IMG/VR virus record: IMGVR_UViG_3300028888_000044
Coordinates: 195,539-259,538 of that record
Length of the DNA: 64,000 bases
DNA from: a virus
Lineage: Duplodnaviria; Heunggongvirae; Uroviricota; Caudoviricetes
Reading direction: 5' to 3' (one strand)
Part shown: positions 61,331 through 64,000 of the stretch, piece after piece
Layout of the letters: each line of letters begins with the position of its first letter
Numbering within the stretch: the stretch's first letter is position 1
Notes under the pieces: model-generated
Databases searched by the model: none
What the model saw: only the letters and a program-made list of their open reading frames with translations
Told to the model about the DNA's origin: nothing
Translations under genes and position numbers: made by a program

Positions 61331-62410
61331 GTGGTACAATATCCTACAACAAATGTAAGTCTGTTCTTCAACGATAGATGTAAGGAAACCATTTATAAGA
61401 GGGAAGAAAAAGAAGATAATGGTGTAATCCGACCAAACGATTTGATTTATCTGCACGGTGATGATTGCGTCAAAAAGTCTCTTTATCAGATTGTAACTTA
61501 TGATGAAGAATCCAATGCGTTCGTGTTGAGGATTATTGATGCTCTTCCTTCTGTAGTTTATCCTCTTAACGAAACACTTTGCAAACGTATGGGGATTGAA
61601 TACGAGAAGAATCTTGTTATGCTACCAGCAAATATTGAATGGAAAAAGCATCGTGAAGAAATTGATTGCAGTACCGAAATAACCAATGATTTGGGTACAT
61701 ATCCATCTTACAAGGGTTATATCAAGCATGTGTTCCTCAAGCTTTCTGGTTGTGAATCAATTGATTCCACATATATCAAGATGCCAAATGGACACGAATA
61801 TTCAAAGTATGATATTATGAGACAATTGAAAGTAAGGTCTCTTACCCAACTTGGAATGTTCAATTCAAGAAACATTGGATGTATATTACCACATTCTATT
61901 GTCACATCTATATTAGGTAATTTCGAAGGATATAGTGGCAGTTTGTCACTTGAAGACATTAAGACAATTTGTGACAGAAATGGAGATATTTATATCTATT
62001 TGGATTTGTCAAGCTTAAACTTGACAAAACAAGATGTCGATGGCAAGAACATTGAAGAGCTGTTCCAAATCGAGTATCCAGATTATGTCGAGTCAAGACG
62101 AACACAACAAGCTCCACAGCCAAGTACAGAGACAAGAAGTGTTCCTACACCTCCAAGACAATCATCTTCTAAACCAACGTCTATTAGTTCAGCAGAAGGA
62201 TTAATCCGAAGCTATGACAATGTGTTCTTCGAGATTTTCAAGAATGGTAGATGGCTACCTATGAATGGAACGGTTGATATTAGTAAATTACATATTATAC
62301 CAGATAATGACGCAATGACGATGATTACACACGAAATAATCAATCGTGAAACACAACGTATTCTTGAAAGAAACAGGAGGTACATTATTTCTAGAGATGA
62401 TTATGACTAA
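61331..62410 (+). CDS. hypothetical protein
   Basis: ORF track; start uncertain (GTG 61331 vs TTG 61301). Confidence 0.65.
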   Translation: MVQYPTTNVSLFFNDRCKETIYKREEKEDNGVIRPNDLIYLHGDDCVKKSLYQIVTYDEESNAFVLRIIDALPSVVYPLNETLCKRMGIEYEKNLVMLPANIEWKKHREEIDCSTEITNDLGTYPSYKGYIKHVFLKLSGCESIDSTYIKMPNGHEYSKYDIMRQLKVRSLTQLGMFNSRNIGCILPHSIVTSILGNFEGYSGSLSLEDIKTICDRNGDIYIYLDLSSLNLTKQDVDGKNIEELFQIEYPDYVESRRTQQAPQPSTETRSVPTPPRQSSSKPTSISSAEGLIRSYDNVFFEIFKNGRWLPMNGTVDISKLHIIPDNDAMTMITHEIINRETQRILERNRRYIISRDDYD

Positions 62411-62424
62411 ATAATATATATTGT

Positions 62425-62790
62425 ATGGAATATATCAAGAATGAAATGACAGTTGATGGTCTGAAAGTAATTGAGGACATTAACGAGGCAGTGAAAGTGC
62501 TTGAAAAAGGAGAGACTATTGCCCATTGGGAATGGGGAGAAAGTATGATGCCTATTCTTCAAAGTGGACAATATGTGCGCCTTACTCCTTGCTACACCAC
62601 ACCAGATGTTGGTGACATTGTATTGGGTTACGTCAATTCTCATTGGACATGCCATTTGGCTCTTAAGGTAAACAAGGCAAGCGGATGGTGTCAGATTGGT
62701 ACAACCAATGGTGAAGAAATTGGATGGACAAAGGATATTCTTGCAATTGGCAAGCCAATGCCATACATTCAGAACCCAAATGTGTATTAA
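62425..62790 (+). CDS. peptidase S24/S26-like protein
   Basis: GESMMP, GDIVL, His in CHL. Confidence 0.55.
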   Translation: MEYIKNEMTVDGLKVIEDINEAVKVLEKGETIAHWEWGESMMPILQSGQYVRLTPCYTTPDVGDIVLGYVNSHWTCHLALKVNKASGWCQIGTTNGEEIGWTKDILAIGKPMPYIQNPNVY

Positions 62791-62973
62791 AAAGCACTGA
62801 ATTCAAAAAATTTTATCACACATCCTAAAAAAATGTGTGATAAAATTGAATTTTTTGATTTTTTAATATATTTATTTTACAAAAATATTTTGTTTTTATT
62901 TTTTTTTTGTATATAATAACATTACAAAATTTATATAGCGGAGTGGAGCAGTTGGTAGCTCGCTAGGCTCATA

Positions 62974-63724
62974 CGGTTTAAAAGCCGAATAACACATTTG
63001 AACTAAAATAAATACTCATAAGTTGGTTCGTTTTGTGATATTATTACTATTTATCTAATAAATGTGTAGTAATGATTACAAAAGAATTGATGGAGGAATG
63101 GATTTTAGAGAAGAATGAAAGCTATTCCACAATTGGTAAAAGACTTGGTATAAGTGATAATGCAGTTAAAAAACGAGCAAGAAAACTTGGTATCAAGTTG
63201 CCACAAAGAAGACAGATAAACGAGAAAGAGTCATTTTCTCATCCGAGAAAAAAATCAGCATCGTTTGTTTTTTCACTTACTGATGAAGCATTTAAAGATG
63301 CTATATTAAACTCAAGCACTTGGGTTGAAATCAGTAAAAAGTTAGGTTATAAATGCAAATGTATGTCACCCCAAACAAAATCACTTATTACTAATAGATG
63401 TTCAATGTTAGGTGTGGAACTACAACTAAAAGTAAAGGATAGTGTAAGTAGTTTATTAAAGGGTAAACTTTTTGCCGATAGAAAAAATTGGCAATCAGCA
63501 AGGACAGCAATTCAAAAAGACGCAAGAAAAGTGTTCTTTAGTAATATAGCCCAACCAAGTTGCATAATTTGTGGTTATTCAAAGCATGTAGAAGTAGCAC
63601 ACAAAAAAGCTGTTTCTGATTTTAGCGATGACACACCAGTTAGTGAAATAAATTCCATTGAAAATCTCATTGCATTATGCCCTAACCATCATTGGGAGTA
63701 TGACAATGGAATATTAAAAATATA
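62974..63724 (+). mobile_element. 751-nt tRNA anticodon-loop insertion/intron carrying an HNH endonuclease gene
   Basis: Lies between the two tRNA halves; ATA is present at both junctions. Confidence 0.85.
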
Positions 63725-63725
63725 A
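63072..63725 (+). CDS. HTH + HNH homing endonuclease
   Basis: HTH IGKRLGISDNAVKKRARKLG; CIICG..VEVAH...NLIALCPNHH. Confidence 0.88.
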   Translation: MITKELMEEWILEKNESYSTIGKRLGISDNAVKKRARKLGIKLPQRRQINEKESFSHPRKKSASFVFSLTDEAFKDAILNSSTWVEISKKLGYKCKCMSPQTKSLITNRCSMLGVELQLKVKDSVSSLLKGKLFADRKNWQSARTAIQKDARKVFFSNIAQPSCIICGYSKHVEVAHKKAVSDFSDDTPVSEINSIENLIALCPNHHWEYDNGILKI

Positions 63726-63767
63726 CCTAGAGGTCGGTGGTTCGAGTCCATCCTCCGCAACGTATTG

Positions 63768-63838
63768 AGGAAACATACAGCAAATTTTTTCGTTTATTCT
63801 AATTTAACTAGGGTGTTAAAACAAAAAAACTGTTTCCT
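63768..63838 (+). ncRNA. candidate small structured RNA downstream of the tRNA
   Basis: AGGAAACA/TGTTTCCT closing stem, TACAGCAAA internal loop, inner TTTAAC/GTTAAA stem, T-run after. Confidence 0.4.
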
Positions 63839-63861
63839 TTTTTTATATAAAAAATAGATAA

Positions 63862-64000
63862 ATGATTAACAAGTTTTTAACTCCATTGGAGTGTATGATT
63901 AAGCATATAGAGCAAGATGTACGTTTGTCTATGTTCTGCGAATCATTAAATAGGCAGCTCAATGATGCACCACCAAGTTTGCTTGAATTACCGCCTTCTT
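63862..64000 (+). CDS. hypothetical protein, partial (MINKFLTPLECMIKH...)
   Basis: Read by eye; open to the window end. Confidence 0.5.
   Translation, partial: MINKFLTPLECMIKHIEQDVRLSMFCESLNRQLNDAPPSLLELPPS

Larger units (their letters stand above)
62937..63760 (+). tRNA. initiator-like tRNA-Met(CAT), interrupted: exon 1 62937-62973, exon 2 63725-63760; no encoded CCA
   Basis: Joined halves give a full cloverleaf: acceptor AGCGGAG/CTCCGCA with 1:72 mismatch, D-arm with A11:U24, anticodon stem CTAGG/CCTAG, loop CTCATAA, T-arm GGTGG-TTCGAGT-CCATC. Confidence 0.9.

Noticed and set aside
62974-63724. Group I, group II or BHB intron assignment
   Set aside because: No terminal G in any register, too little non-coding sequence for a ribozyme core, no GUGYG start, and no 4-bp BHB helix with CUCA.
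63761-63840. HDV-like (theta) ribozyme at the tRNA 3' end
   Set aside because: I could not build the nested double pseudoknot; the sequence folds as a simple AT-rich rod.
1-64000. Stop-codon reassignment (TAG to Gln, as in Lak-type phages)
   Set aside because: Very long ORFs are intact under the standard code. The few TAG stops (24520, 30894, 36736, 51358) abut or overlap the next start, and recognisable proteins are full length.

Overview
AT-rich (roughly 30% GC by eye), gene-dense, mostly + strand segment that reads as part of a jumbo phage genome infecting a Bacteroidota (Prevotella-like) host. Support for this: Bacteroidota TTTG-N19-20-TAnnTTTG promoters, no Shine-Dalgarno sites, a phage-type primase, RuvC, SbcC and SSB, two sigma factors, a candidate lysis pair, and host-like DnaK/DnaJ/ClpP/IF3/TyrRS/RmlD scattered among many hypothetical genes. 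Long ORFs are intact under the standard code. Main points of interest: (1) an initiator-like tRNA-Met(CAT) split in the anticodon loop (compatible with position 37/38) by a 751-nt insert encoding an HNH endonuclease. The insert has no group I, group II or BHB signature, and the window also encodes RtcB, an ATP-dependent RNA ligase, a DUF2828 Ro/TROVE-like protein, an RlaP-like nucleotidyltransferase and phosphoesterases. (2) A 3.3-kaa protein of six tandem modules (LxE junction, conserved C..DxYG..RWNH core, variable WG beta-repeats) with two stand-alone paralogs, a candidate capsid-packaged polyprotein. (3) Several structured intergenic RNAs, a GmrSD-like/Dam cassette, apparent GATC avoidance and a 1-nt frameshift in tyrS. 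All family calls are from motif recognition by eye, without database searches.
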